DNA of 64,000 nt from Patescibacteria group bacterium (GCA_022703645.1 JAKLDG010000001.1:573393-637392), one strand, 5' to 3'; shown: positions 42,740 through 52,077, numbered from the stretch's first letter. Program-made: numbers and translations. Notes: a model not told the origin generated them from the letters alone.

Positions 42740-44183
42740 TCAAAATCAAGATTTACCTATTGAGGTAATCGAAAGCGTCATTAACGATCAAAAGCTCAGG
42801 ACAAATCTCACCAAAAGAAATCCGCTATGGTTCTTTGGGCTTTACTTCTCGCACTATATCACTTTCCCAATTGCTGATTTCCAGAGAGAGATATTTCAGA
42901 TCATGAGTGATGAGAGTCAAAAGCAGGTCGTAATCACAGCTTTTCGTGGAAGCGCAAAATCTACATTAATTACCCTGTGCTATGCTCTTTGGAGTATTAT
43001 GGGGTCGCAAAACAAGAAATTTATAGTGATCATTAGTCAAACCCAAGAGTTAGCAAAACAACATCTGAAAAATATTAAACGAGAACTTGAGGAAAATGAT
43101 CTATTAAAGGCGGATCTTGGCCCATTTCAAGAGGAAAATGAATGGGGTTCTGGAGCAATAGTATTGCCAAAATACAATGCAAAAATAATGGTGGCTTCAA
43201 CAGAGCAAAGTATCCGTGGTATCAAACATGGACCATACAGACCGGATATCATAATCGCAGACGATGTAGAGGATGTAAATTCTACTAAGACGTCGGATAG
43301 CCGGAACAAAACTTATGAATGGTACAATAGTGAAATTGTGCCACTGGGAGACATTGGCACAAGAATTATCGTTGTAGGAAACCTACTTCACGAAGATTCT
43401 TTAGTAATGAGATTAATAAATGAGATGGAAGATGGCCAGCGAACTGGAATCTTTAGAAAATACCCCATCATGGATAATGGAGATAATATATTGTGGCCAG
43501 GAAAATACCCAGATCTAAACGCAATCGAAACTGAAAAACTAAAAGTTGGCGATAAATTCTCATTTGCAAGAGAATATATGTTAAGCATTGTAGATCGCAG
43601 AGAAGCTATCGTAGTCAGAGAAAACATCCACTATTATAAGGAAGTTCCTCCAAAGGGTCATGGAGATTACAATGTAATTAGCACCGATCTAGCCGTATCG
43701 CTAAAAGAGTCTGCGGATTATACTGCAATAATTTCTGCCAAGATAATTGGGCAAGGAAAAGACAGAAAGATATATATTCTCGAAAATCCTGTAAACGAAA
43801 GACTGGATTTCTCGCAAGCTACGGATATGGTCAAGGCAACCATTAGCAGTCTTGGAAATATATTTGAAACCGAAGTCTATGTTGAAAATGTAGGAGCTCA
43901 AGATTACTTTGCTCAACATCTTGGCGAACAGTCGTATCTAGTTAAAAGCCTAAAGGTTGGAAATATGGATAAAAGAGGCAGATTGTATGTTTCCCATAAA
44001 TGGATAAGCTCCGGCAGAGTCCTCTTCCCAGAACATGGTGCTGAAAAACTTATTGAACAGATATTGGGATTCGGAGTTGAAAAACATGATGATTTAGTAG
44101 ATGCCTTCACGCTATTGGTGATGAATACCATAGAGAAAACCTTCGAATATGAAGGGAAAACGATCGGGCTTTTACGATTCTAG
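42720..44183 (+). CDS. Phage terminase large subunit
   Basis: Walker-A-like AFRGSAKST, acidic IIIADDVED, C-terminal nuclease-like region; AGGAGG SD. Confidence 0.8.
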   Translation: MNKITNSQNQDLPIEVIESVINDQKLRTNLTKRNPLWFFGLYFSHYITFPIADFQREIFQIMSDESQKQVVITAFRGSAKSTLITLCYALWSIMGSQNKKFIVIISQTQELAKQHLKNIKRELEENDLLKADLGPFQEENEWGSGAIVLPKYNAKIMVASTEQSIRGIKHGPYRPDIIIADDVEDVNSTKTSDSRNKTYEWYNSEIVPLGDIGTRIIVVGNLLHEDSLVMRLINEMEDGQRTGIFRKYPIMDNGDNILWPGKYPDLNAIETEKLKVGDKFSFAREYMLSIVDRREAIVVRENIHYYKEVPPKGHGDYNVISTDLAVSLKESADYTAIISAKIIGQGKDRKIYILENPVNERLDFSQATDMVKATISSLGNIFETEVYVENVGAQDYFAQHLGEQSYLVKSLKVGNMDKRGRLYVSHKWISSGRVLFPEHGAEKLIEQILGFGVEKHDDLVDAFTLLVMNTIEKTFEYEGKTIGLLRF

Positions 44184-44329
44184 ATTGCTGGACTTTAATA
44201 GTGGTTTGTAGTCTTATTAAAGACTTAGTTATCTACAGCTTTAAGTCTGGACTTGAAAGGACGCTTGCGGTACCCTCCCCTTTGCCTGGTAGAGATATCG
44301 GGAAATATAAATAAAGGGAAAGGAGAAAA

Positions 44330-45721
44330 ATGCCAAAAACAAGCGTCCTTGATTGCCCTCCTACTATATATGGCAATCGGAACAAGGAGGTAGCTGAAAT
44401 ACCAATCAGATACTGCCTCTATGCTAGAAAATCAACTGAACAGGACGAATTACAAGCCCTGTCAATTGATTCTCAGATCCACGAGATGAAAACACTGGCT
44501 GAAAGAGAAAATCTGGAAGTGGTAGAGATTAGAAAAGAATCCCATTCGGCGAAGGAATCGGGACAACGACCAGTGTTCAACAAAATACTAACCGACCTGC
44601 GGGAAGGAATGTTTAATGGGATTCTCACATGGGCTCCTGATAGATTGAGTAGAAATGCTGGGGACTTAGGATCATTAGTAGATCTGATGGATCGGGATGT
44701 ATTAGTAAAGATAAGGACACCTAATCAATTCTTCACTAATTCTCCAAATGAGAAATTCATGCTAATGATCCTATGTTCTCAAGCCAAGTTGGAAAATGAT
44801 AATAAAAGCTTGAATGTAAAGCGAGGTCTAAAAGCTAAATGCCAAATGGGATATAGACCGGGGGTCACTCCCCTAGGATACCTAAATGAACCCACTGGGA
44901 TAAAGGGACAAAGAAAAGTGACGATTGATCCAAGTAGAGCACCAACAGTTAAAAAGATGTTTGAAAAAGTTGGGTATGAAAGAGCTAGTGGCAGAGAAAT
45001 ATATAGATGGCTGGTATATGATCAGGACTTCAAAACCAAATCTGGAAAGCGAGTAACATTGAGCAACATCTTCCGAATGCTTCATACACCATTCTATTAT
45101 GGAGACTTTGAATATCCGCAAGGATCCAATACTTGGTATAAAGGAAATCATGAACCAATAATAACAAAGGAACTTTATGAAACGGTTCAAGAGAATCTCA
45201 AAGTAGATCCGAAAATTAAATATGGAATCAAGGACTTCCAATTCACAAAGCTGGTATTCTGCGGAACATGCGGAGCGATGATCACGGCTGAAGAAAAGTT
45301 CAAGAAACTGCTCGATGGCGGTGTGAGAAGGCATGTCTACTACAGGTGCGTAAAGAGAGTAGATGTTGATTGCCAAGAACCACCAATAAAAGAAGAAGAA
45401 TTATTAGAACAAATGATTCAGCTAATGGATAAAATAGATTTTTATAAAAAAGGAACCTTCGACAAGATTCAGCAGGAAGTTGAAAGGTATAACAAATTCT
45501 CCCAAGTAGTATTCGGCAAAGGCAACCAAGACAAACAAATCAAAGTCAAAAAGACCGATATCAAATCCTACGCCGCCTACATCCTCCGCGAGGGTGGTAG
45601 AGAAGAAAAACGAGAACTGCTGATGAATCTGCGAACGAAACTATATATAAAAGATAGTAAGATATTTATCAAAGAGAATGAGGTAGTAGAAAACCCAGAT
45701 CAAGCAACACAAAATGAATGA
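44330..45721 (+). CDS. Large serine recombinase (integrase/resolvase family)
   Basis: YARKSTEQDE (catalytic Ser), APDRLSRN, C-terminal Cys zinc ribbon (CGTCGAM...CVKRVDVDC); AGGAG SD. Confidence 0.85.
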   Translation: MPKTSVLDCPPTIYGNRNKEVAEIPIRYCLYARKSTEQDELQALSIDSQIHEMKTLAERENLEVVEIRKESHSAKESGQRPVFNKILTDLREGMFNGILTWAPDRLSRNAGDLGSLVDLMDRDVLVKIRTPNQFFTNSPNEKFMLMILCSQAKLENDNKSLNVKRGLKAKCQMGYRPGVTPLGYLNEPTGIKGQRKVTIDPSRAPTVKKMFEKVGYERASGREIYRWLVYDQDFKTKSGKRVTLSNIFRMLHTPFYYGDFEYPQGSNTWYKGNHEPIITKELYETVQENLKVDPKIKYGIKDFQFTKLVFCGTCGAMITAEEKFKKLLDGGVRRHVYYRCVKRVDVDCQEPPIKEEELLEQMIQLMDKIDFYKKGTFDKIQQEVERYNKFSQVVFGKGNQDKQIKVKKTDIKSYAAYILREGGREEKRELLMNLRTKLYIKDSKIFIKENEVVENPDQATQNE

Positions 45722-45776
45722 TAATTAGCTGAGCTATGGGCATAATACATATTATCACCTTGGCGAATTTATTTAC

Positions 45777-45831
45777 TTGACATGTATTTATCCACTTTGA
45801 TATACTATAACTAACTTACCGAGCGGTAAGT
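45777..45831 (+). promoter_or_regulatory. Sigma70-like promoter (TTGACA, 18 nt, TATACT) plus 18-bp perfect palindromic operator ACTTACCG-AG-CGGTAAGT
   Basis: -35 at 45777-45782, -10 at 45801-45806, palindrome 45814-45831, 24 nt before the TetR start. Confidence 0.6.
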
Positions 45832-45854
45832 AAATAAAAGTAATTTATAGAATT

Positions 45855-46442
45855 ATGGAAACAATTGCAAAACAATCCGGGGATGTTATTCAAGACACCC
45901 AAAAACACATTATTAACACAGCTCGTCGTTTTTTCTCTGAATACAGCTACCTAGGTGTTTCGATGAATGATATCGCCAAAAAGCTAGGTATTACCAAAGC
46001 TGCCCTTTACTATCACTTTACTGGTAAAGCGGAAATCTACGGAAAAGTGTTGGATAGTGTTTTTAGTGATTTAAACCTAACTATTGCCCATGCACTAAAT
46101 GAAGGTACGGTTGATAAAAAACTACATAAACTAATAAAAAATTATCTAGATTTTGGTTGTAAAGAGAAAAACCTAATCAAGGCCTTAATGTTAAAGCTAT
46201 CTCCAGCCGATTCTCAAATAACAAAACAGATTTCTCAGTTGAGAGAACAAGCTGCTTATTTAATTCAACCAGTAATTGAAGAGGTATCAATAAGTAAAAA
46301 CTTAACCAAGAAAGTTGATGCTAGCCTATTAACATCAATGCTTACCAGCATGATGGATGGACTGCTTTTGGAATATTCATTCCTCAACAAAAAAATAAAT
46401 TCAGCAAAAATATCAGATCAGATTGTTGCTGTTTTATTTTAG
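45855..46442 (+). CDS. TetR/AcrR-family transcriptional regulator
   Basis: N-terminal HTH ARRFFSEYSYLGVSMNDIAKKLGITKAALYYHF. Confidence 0.8.
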   Translation: METIAKQSGDVIQDTQKHIINTARRFFSEYSYLGVSMNDIAKKLGITKAALYYHFTGKAEIYGKVLDSVFSDLNLTIAHALNEGTVDKKLHKLIKNYLDFGCKEKNLIKALMLKLSPADSQITKQISQLREQAAYLIQPVIEEVSISKNLTKKVDASLLTSMLTSMMDGLLLEYSFLNKKINSAKISDQIVAVLF

Positions 46443-46514
46443 TGGTCGAGGGTTGATCCACCATAAGGATTTTATGGATTAATTAAATTAAATAAATATA
46501 AAAGGAGTATACCA

Positions 46515-46643
46515 ATGAGTTTTCTATCAAACATAAATTGGTCAAGCCCAACAACTATCGTGATTGAGGTGGCAATAGTTGTGGTTATAGCTGCTGCTGG
46601 TTATCTGATTTGGGCTTGGAAATCAAAACAGTGGCCATTTTAG
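46515..46643 (+). CDS. Small single-TM peptide, 42 aa; absent from ORF track
   Basis: AAAGGAG SD 5 nt before the ATG; MSFLSNINWSSPTTIVIEVAIVVVIAAAGYLIWAWKSKQWPF*. Confidence 0.4.
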   Translation: MSFLSNINWSSPTTIVIEVAIVVVIAAAGYLIWAWKSKQWPF

Positions 46644-46748
46644 TCAAATAGTATTTGGGGCGCTCAATTACCTAGATATCTTAAATAAAAATAACATTGA
46701 GCGCCCTATAATATTTTACTCAAGTGAAATGATAATTAAAAAATAAAT

Positions 46749-46856
46749 ATGGGTTTTGTAACAAACACTATAGCAAATATTCGCGAAGCATCTGGAGGAA
46801 TAGTTTTCTTACTAGGTATTATTTGTGTATATTATTTTACGCTTATAAAAAAATGA
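46749..46856 (+). CDS. Possible small TM peptide, 35 aa; stop overlaps next start (ATGA)
   Basis: MGFVTNTIANIREASGGIVFLLGIICVYYFTLIKK*; no SD; TGA at 46854-46856 overlaps ATG at 46853. Confidence 0.25.
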   Translation: MGFVTNTIANIREASGGIVFLLGIICVYYFTLIKK

Positions 46857-47587
46857 AAAACTCTACAATAATCAAACAACTGGTTTGGCTCACTATTTTT
46901 GCCATAGCCATGGGTTTCCTGGAAGCAACGGTAGTTGTTTATCTCAGAGACCTGTATTACCCGAACGGATTTGATTTTCCTCTCGTCATGAACACTAACC
47001 CCCACTTTATTGTTATGGAGTGGTGTAGAGAAGCCTCCACAATAATAATGCTTGTGGCCATAGGAGTATTGGCAAGCAAGGACCTACTCCGAAGGTTTTC
47101 TTATTTTCTATACAGCTTTGCTATATGGGATATCTCTTATTATGTCTGGCTGAAAGTGGTTTTGGGATGGCCAACATCTTTTCTGACATGGGATCTTCTT
47201 TTTCTTATTCCTGTGCCTTGGATAGGGCCCGTTCTTGCTCCGATAATATGCTCCCTGACCATGATTGCTCTTTGCTTCTCTATAATCTATTTACAGAAAA
47301 AAGAACTTCTAAAAAAAATAAATCTATATGAGTGTATCTTAATGATTTCTGGAGCCTTTTTGATTTTTATTTCTTTTATATGGGACTATTCTAAGATAGT
47401 TATTCAAGGAGGATTTCTAAAGGGATTTTTTCACCTTGGATCAAATCCTGAATTCCAGCAAATAATTTCACATTATATTCCAGTCCATTATAATTGGGGA
47501 CTATTTATTGTTGGTGAGGTTTTAATATTGTGCACTTTTGTATTGTTTTATAGAAAAAAACCGGCTAATAAGGAGAATAATAAATGA
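46853..47587 (+). CDS. Integral membrane protein (multi-TM)
   Basis: Track ORF 46823-47587; ATG at 46853 (MKNSTIIKQ) preferred; stop overlaps the GT2 start (ATGA). Confidence 0.55.
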   Translation: MKNSTIIKQLVWLTIFAIAMGFLEATVVVYLRDLYYPNGFDFPLVMNTNPHFIVMEWCREASTIIMLVAIGVLASKDLLRRFSYFLYSFAIWDISYYVWLKVVLGWPTSFLTWDLLFLIPVPWIGPVLAPIICSLTMIALCFSIIYLQKKELLKKINLYECILMISGAFLIFISFIWDYSKIVIQGGFLKGFFHLGSNPEFQQIISHYIPVHYNWGLFIVGEVLILCTFVLFYRKKPANKENNK

Positions 47588-48360
47588 AGAAAATGATTTC
47601 TATAATTATTCCTACATTAAACGAGGAGATCTACTTACCTAAATTATTAAAATCAATTAAAGAGCAAGATTATGAAAACTATGAGGTTATAATAGCCGAT
47701 GCCGGTTCTACAGATAGTACCAAAGATATAGCTCGAGAATTTGATTGTAAAATTGTAAGAGGCGGCCTCCCGGCTGTTGGCAGAAATGCTGGCGGAGAAG
47801 TTGCAAGAGGAAAGTACCTGTTATTTTTAGATGCGGATGTTGTCTTGCATAATGATTTTATAAAAAAAGCACTAAAAGAATTTGAAGAAAGGTCTCTAGA
47901 TATAGCTACTTGCAGATTTTACCCATTAAGTGACAGGTATATTGATATACTTTTGCATCAAGTATATTTCATTTATATGTTAGTTTTGCAATATTCCTCT
48001 CCAAAGGCACCAGGCTTTTGTATCTTATCTAGACGCTGGGTTTTTAATATGACAAGAGGATTTGATGAAAAGATTAGAGTGGGAGAAGATCACGATTACT
48101 GTATCAGGGCAAGTAAATTTGGGGCATTTAGGATACTTAAAAAGCCGAAACTTTATGTATCCGTCAGGAGACTAGAAAAGGAAGGAAGGCTTGGTTTGGC
48201 AACAAAGTATGTTACTTACTCAGTATATAAAAACTTAACGGGTAAAGATTTTCCTTTGATGAAATATGAATTTAGCAATTATAATAATATTTCTCATGAA
48301 AAAGAAAGGTCTTTTTATAATAAGATAGTTAATAAAATCAGTGCAAAAAAAGAGATGTAA
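47584..48360 (+). CDS. Family-2 glycosyltransferase
   Basis: ISIIIPTLNEE and LFLDADV (DxD). Confidence 0.8.
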   Translation: MKKMISIIIPTLNEEIYLPKLLKSIKEQDYENYEVIIADAGSTDSTKDIAREFDCKIVRGGLPAVGRNAGGEVARGKYLLFLDADVVLHNDFIKKALKEFEERSLDIATCRFYPLSDRYIDILLHQVYFIYMLVLQYSSPKAPGFCILSRRWVFNMTRGFDEKIRVGEDHDYCIRASKFGAFRILKKPKLYVSVRRLEKEGRLGLATKYVTYSVYKNLTGKDFPLMKYEFSNYNNISHEKERSFYNKIVNKISAKKEM

Positions 48361-48365
48361 TAAAT

Positions 48366-49211
48366 ATGACAAAATCAAAGCAACCTAAAATTGGTTTGGT
48401 ATTGGGAAGTGGCGGTCCAAGAGGATTAGCACATATTGGCGTAATTAAAGTTTTAGAGGAAAATAATATCCCGATTGATTTTATCGCCGGCTCAAGCATT
48501 GGTGCTATGGTTGGTGGATTTTATGCTGCTACGAAAGATATACAACAAGTAGAAAAAATAGCACTTGATACTGATTGGAGACTGATTTTATCTCTTTTAG
48601 ACCCCTCTTTCCGACAAGGATTGCTTGGTGGGAATAAAGTAAAAAACTTTATTGAAAGCAATTTGGATGGAATAAAATTTGAAAACTTAAAGATTCCCCT
48701 TTCAATAGTGGCAACTGATTTAAAAAGTGGCGATGCTGTTGTTATAAACAAAGGCGAGATCGATTCAGCAATTAGAGCCAGTATTTCAGTCCCCCTGATT
48801 TTCAAGCCCATAGAACGAGAGGGTAAATTATTGGCTGATGGCGGTTTATCATTGCCTGTTCCTGTTGAAGTCGTAAGGAAAATGGGAGCAGAGTTGGTAA
48901 TAGCAGTTAATTTAGATGCAGACTACTTTACTAGCAGCAACAATGAAAATAAGAAATTGGGTTTTTATAAAATAGCTGATAATTCAATTAATCTCCTGCG
49001 CCATCACCTCGCTTATTGGAATGTCAAGGATGCCGATCTTGTTATTAATCCTAAAGTTGGCAATGCAAACTGGGGTAAATTTTTGAATGGCAAAGATATG
49101 ATTCGGGCTGGCGAGGAAGCAACGAGGGGAATTTTACCCCAATTAAAAAATTTAATACACCCAACCAGTAATAGTAGCTGGAGAAGGTATTGGGAATTTT
49201 TTAAAGGATAA
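48366..49211 (+). CDS. Patatin-like phospholipase
   Basis: GLVLGSGGPRGLAHIGV, GSSIGA (GxSxG), LADGG. Confidence 0.85.
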   Translation: MTKSKQPKIGLVLGSGGPRGLAHIGVIKVLEENNIPIDFIAGSSIGAMVGGFYAATKDIQQVEKIALDTDWRLILSLLDPSFRQGLLGGNKVKNFIESNLDGIKFENLKIPLSIVATDLKSGDAVVINKGEIDSAIRASISVPLIFKPIEREGKLLADGGLSLPVPVEVVRKMGAELVIAVNLDADYFTSSNNENKKLGFYKIADNSINLLRHHLAYWNVKDADLVINPKVGNANWGKFLNGKDMIRAGEEATRGILPQLKNLIHPTSNSSWRRYWEFFKG

Positions 49212-49232
49212 AGTTAAAAGTAAAAACCAAAA

Positions 49233-49748
49233 ATGCAGAAAGATGGTTTGAAAATTATTAAAGACAAGCTTACTAATTCTGAGATAAAAATTATCAGGTC
49301 AGAGATTAGAGAGTCTCCCGACATGACTGGTTATAGTTTGTCAGAACTTTTACAACATAGGAATGTTTTTAAGGCATACAAAAACAACGAGCTTGCGGGA
49401 GCCTGTATTAATTCTGATTTTGGAGAAAATTGGACAGAAATCGGCGGTTTTATTGTACTGCATAAGTTCCGCAGACAAGAAATCGGCAAACTGCTTTATA
49501 GGACAGGCTTTGAGGATGCGATCAAAAGACACAAAAACATTTACATTACTAGCAGAAATCCAGCGATGATAAGAATATTAAAAAATAGTGATTTGAAAAT
49601 AACCACTAGTTTTTTGAAATTGCCAAAAGAAATTCAGCTTCATTCTTTGAGATTTACAGTTAACTGGTTCAGGTTTTGGGAGGCGATCCGTAAAACAATA
49701 GTCATGAATAAATCAGGAAGGCTAATTTATGGGTATAAGAAACTTTAG
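49233..49748 (+). CDS. Probable GNAT-family acetyltransferase
   Basis: HKFRRQEIGKLL resembles GNAT motif A; low-confidence family call. Confidence 0.45.
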   Translation: MQKDGLKIIKDKLTNSEIKIIRSEIRESPDMTGYSLSELLQHRNVFKAYKNNELAGACINSDFGENWTEIGGFIVLHKFRRQEIGKLLYRTGFEDAIKRHKNIYITSRNPAMIRILKNSDLKITTSFLKLPKEIQLHSLRFTVNWFRFWEAIRKTIVMNKSGRLIYGYKKL

Positions 49749-49786
49749 ACCCATACACTTAGAACAATAACAAAACAGATTCGATC

Positions 49787-49816
49787 AAAAAAGAGAGTTA
49801 GGCTCTCTTTTTTGTG
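49787..49816 (+). terminator. Rho-independent terminator (perfect 11-bp stem aaaaaagagag/ctctctttttt)
   Basis: 49787-49813 inverted repeat with 5-nt loop, then T-rich tail; just after the GNAT stop. Confidence 0.6.
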
Positions 49817-49887
49817 CCTTTTCCTACCTAGGAAAGGTCGCCCTTTCCTCACCCTTAAACAGGTCGATTTACACGATTTTTATAGAA

Positions 49888-49969
49888 TGCCCGGGAGAGG
49901 ACTCGAACCTCCAAGCCTTGCGGCACATGCTCCTAAGGCATGCGTGTCTGCCAATTTCACCACCCGGGC
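49888..49969 (-). tRNA. tRNA-Leu (anticodon TAG), long variable arm
   Basis: GCCCGGGTGGTGAAATTGGCAGACACGCATGCCTTAGGAGCATGTGCCGCAAGGCTTGGAGGTTCGAGTCCTCTCCCGGGCA. Confidence 0.88.
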
Positions 49970-49971
49970 AT

Positions 49972-50014
49972 AATGATAATTGAAAAATTGTGAAACGATT
50001 TTTCAATTATCATT
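49972..50014 (-). terminator. AT-rich 17-bp perfect hairpin between comEA stop and tRNA-Leu
   Basis: aatgataattgaaaaat-tgtgaaacg-atttttcaattatcatt; no clear U-tract. Confidence 0.4.
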
Positions 50015-50032
50015 ATATCAAATTATCTTCCA

Positions 50033-50740
50033 TTATTCAATTGTTATCAAATCTTTTACTCCATCAAAAAGTGAATCGCCTATTCCTTTTACCTTTTTTA
50101 GATCTTCCAATACCTCAAAACCTCCATTTGCAACTCTCCAATCTATAATCCTCTGCGCAATAGCCGGACCAATTTTTGGCAAAGTATCCAGTTCTGCCAC
50201 AGTTGCTGAATTAATATTTATTCTTGTTGCAGGCGCACTCGACGTACTTGGCTGTGAACTGCCCGAAATAATGTTTGCGGCAGTTGAACTGCTATTAATA
50301 ACCCTCACTCCTCTATCACTCAATCTAAATATATATAATTTTGCATTGTTTCCAATCACTGTTGCTTGATTTAATTCTCTTGAAATTCTTTCTGCATCTG
50401 CCTCACTACTAAAACCACCGGCTTTATTAATAGCATCAATCATTACAGAGCCGCTTGCTAATTTATATACACCGGGATTTTTCACTGCTCCTTCTATATC
50501 GAATATAATTTCCTCTGAAATTTTTTCCCCATTGTTTTCTTGATTTGCTGGTTTCTTGATTTCTTGTTGAATATCGCTGCTTTTAATTATTTTAGAATCT
50601 GTTTTGCCCGCATTTGCGCCTTGAATCATTAGCACAGTTCCACCAAACACAATAAAAACGATTAAAAACAATCCGACATACAATCTATTCTTTTCAAAAT
50701 ATTCTTCTGCTTTTTGTTTGTATTTTTGATAGTTTCCCAT
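50033..50740 (-). CDS. comEA: ComEA-family DNA-binding protein (SLBB + helix-hairpin-helix)
   Basis: C-terminal NINSATVAELDTLPKIGPAIAQRIIDWR...KGIG; N-terminal TM segment. Confidence 0.82.
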   Translation of the reverse strand: MGNYQKYKQKAEEYFEKNRLYVGLFLIVFIVFGGTVLMIQGANAGKTDSKIIKSSDIQQEIKKPANQENNGEKISEEIIFDIEGAVKNPGVYKLASGSVMIDAINKAGGFSSEADAERISRELNQATVIGNNAKLYIFRLSDRGVRVINSSSTAANIISGSSQPSTSSAPATRININSATVAELDTLPKIGPAIAQRIIDWRVANGGFEVLEDLKKVKGIGDSLFDGVKDLITIE

Positions 50741-50758
50741 ATTAAAAATTGAATCATT

Positions 50759-50790
50759 GGAAATTGATTGGAAATTGAAAATTGTAAATT
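50759..50790. repeat. GGAAATTG-type heptamer repeat between rsmD stop and comEA start
   Basis: ggaaattgattggaaattgaaaattgtaaatt. Confidence 0.55.
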
Positions 50791-51319
50791 ATGTTTTCTC
50801 AAAAAACATTACCCGCGTATCGCCATAAACCTTTTCAACTATCAGATCAAGATTTTCTAATTTTCCTGTTTTAATACGTTTACTGCTCTCTAAAATAAAA
50901 ATCCCGTTTTTGTTTAGAATTCTATATATATCATTTAATTTCCCGAAATCGAATTGATAATATGGCGGATCCGCAAAAATCAGGTCAAATTTCTTCTCAC
51001 TTTTTTTTATAAATATTTCATAAGAAATATTTAAAATTGAAAATTTAAAATTGAAAATTTTAAGATTGTTCTTTAACTGCTTAATTACCATTTTGCTTTC
51101 ATCAACAAATGTAACTGATTCAGCCCCTCGACTTGCCGCCTCTATCCCATACATCCCGCTTCCGCAAAAAAGATCGGCAACATTCGTGCTTTCAAGGTCA
51201 ACCAGACCTTTAAGCACATCAAAAACCGCCTTGCGCACCTTATCCGTCGTAACGCGAGTCCCCTTTTGCTCTTTATAGTTAACTATTGCCCCAGCAAGAG
51301 AGCCTTCGATAATTTTCAT
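50789..51319 (-). CDS. rsmD: 16S rRNA (guanine-N2)-methyltransferase, RsmD-like
   Basis: DLFCGSGMYGIEAASRG motif I, FADPPY motif IV; in-frame (AAAATTGAAAATTT)x2 insert encoding FNFKFSI. Confidence 0.85.
   Translation of the reverse strand: MKIIEGSLAGAIVNYKEQKGTRVTTDKVRKAVFDVLKGLVDLESTNVADLFCGSGMYGIEAASRGAESVTFVDESKMVIKQLKNNLKIFNFKFSILNISYEIFIKKSEKKFDLIFADPPYYQFDFGKLNDIYRILNKNGIFILESSKRIKTGKLENLDLIVEKVYGDTRVMFFEKT
51033..51060. repeat. (AAAATTGAAAATTT)x2 tandem repeat inside rsmD coding sequence
   Basis: aaaattgaaaatttaaaattgaaaattt read directly. Confidence 0.65.
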
Positions 51320-51457
51320 AATAACATTATACCAAAGAATTTAATATTTCATAAATATCTTAAAATATTTAAGCTCCACATATACTTTAAGTATATTGCG
51401 TGCATATAAAAAATTATTACTCGGTTTATAAATATTATAAATTTATTTATCATATCA

Positions 51458-51730
51458 TTATAATATTGTTAGTATCTCTTTTAAATTATTTACCACAAAA
51501 TCTGCCTCCCCTTCCTCTTCCAATTGATTTATCCAAACAGTTTTTATGCCAAGCTTTTTCGCCAGTTCGATATCATTTTCATGGTTATCACCAACCATCG
51601 CCACTTCCTTTGGTTTTAATTGAAGATTATCAAGGATATATTGAAAAAATCTTAAATCCGGTTTTTTGTAACCAATCTCTACAGATAAGTATACTTTCTC
51701 AAAATACTTTTCTATACCAAAATCACTCAA
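51458..51730 (-). pseudogene. HAD-family hydrolase remnant: C-terminal half intact, N-terminal motif degenerate and lacking a canonical start
   Basis: VAMVGDNHENDIELAKKLG (HAD motif III/IV region); in-frame upstream DVKFIIFNLRANQSL lacks the DxD aspartates and any ATG/GTG; track start is TTG. Confidence 0.4.
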
Positions 51731-52077
51731 AAATTGACGCCCATATAAAGACTGATTTGCTCTAAGATTAAATATTATAAATTTGACATCCTTAACCTTA
51801 ATTTTTTCATAAAATTATTATTTTAATTTATTAATAATATTTTATCATATTTTTCCCTATAATTTTTTAATATTTATTATATTCAAATTTCACCCATTTT
51901 TTTTGCCTTGTTTTGGACCTTTTTTATATCTTAAAAATAGTCTGAAAAATCATTTAAAAACTATAGACAAACAAATTAAATATTGCTATATTTTAGATAA
52001 ACTCAAAGACCCTTCTATATATTATGTTATTAATGTATAGATTTTAAAATATTTTATTAAAAATAAAAATTAAAAAC

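Larger units (their letters stand above)
31200..45750. mobile_element. Putative integrated accessory/defence island (boundaries approximate)
   Basis: Housekeeping genes on both flanks; interior holds nuclease/methylase/HNH genes, terminase genes and a large serine recombinase at the right end; cataataca present at both edges (31202 and 45741). Confidence 0.4.

Noticed and set aside
31202-45749. cataataca 9-mer at both island edges as attL/attR
   Set aside because: A 9-mer match between two AT-rich spacers is expected by chance at appreciable frequency; kept only as a note.
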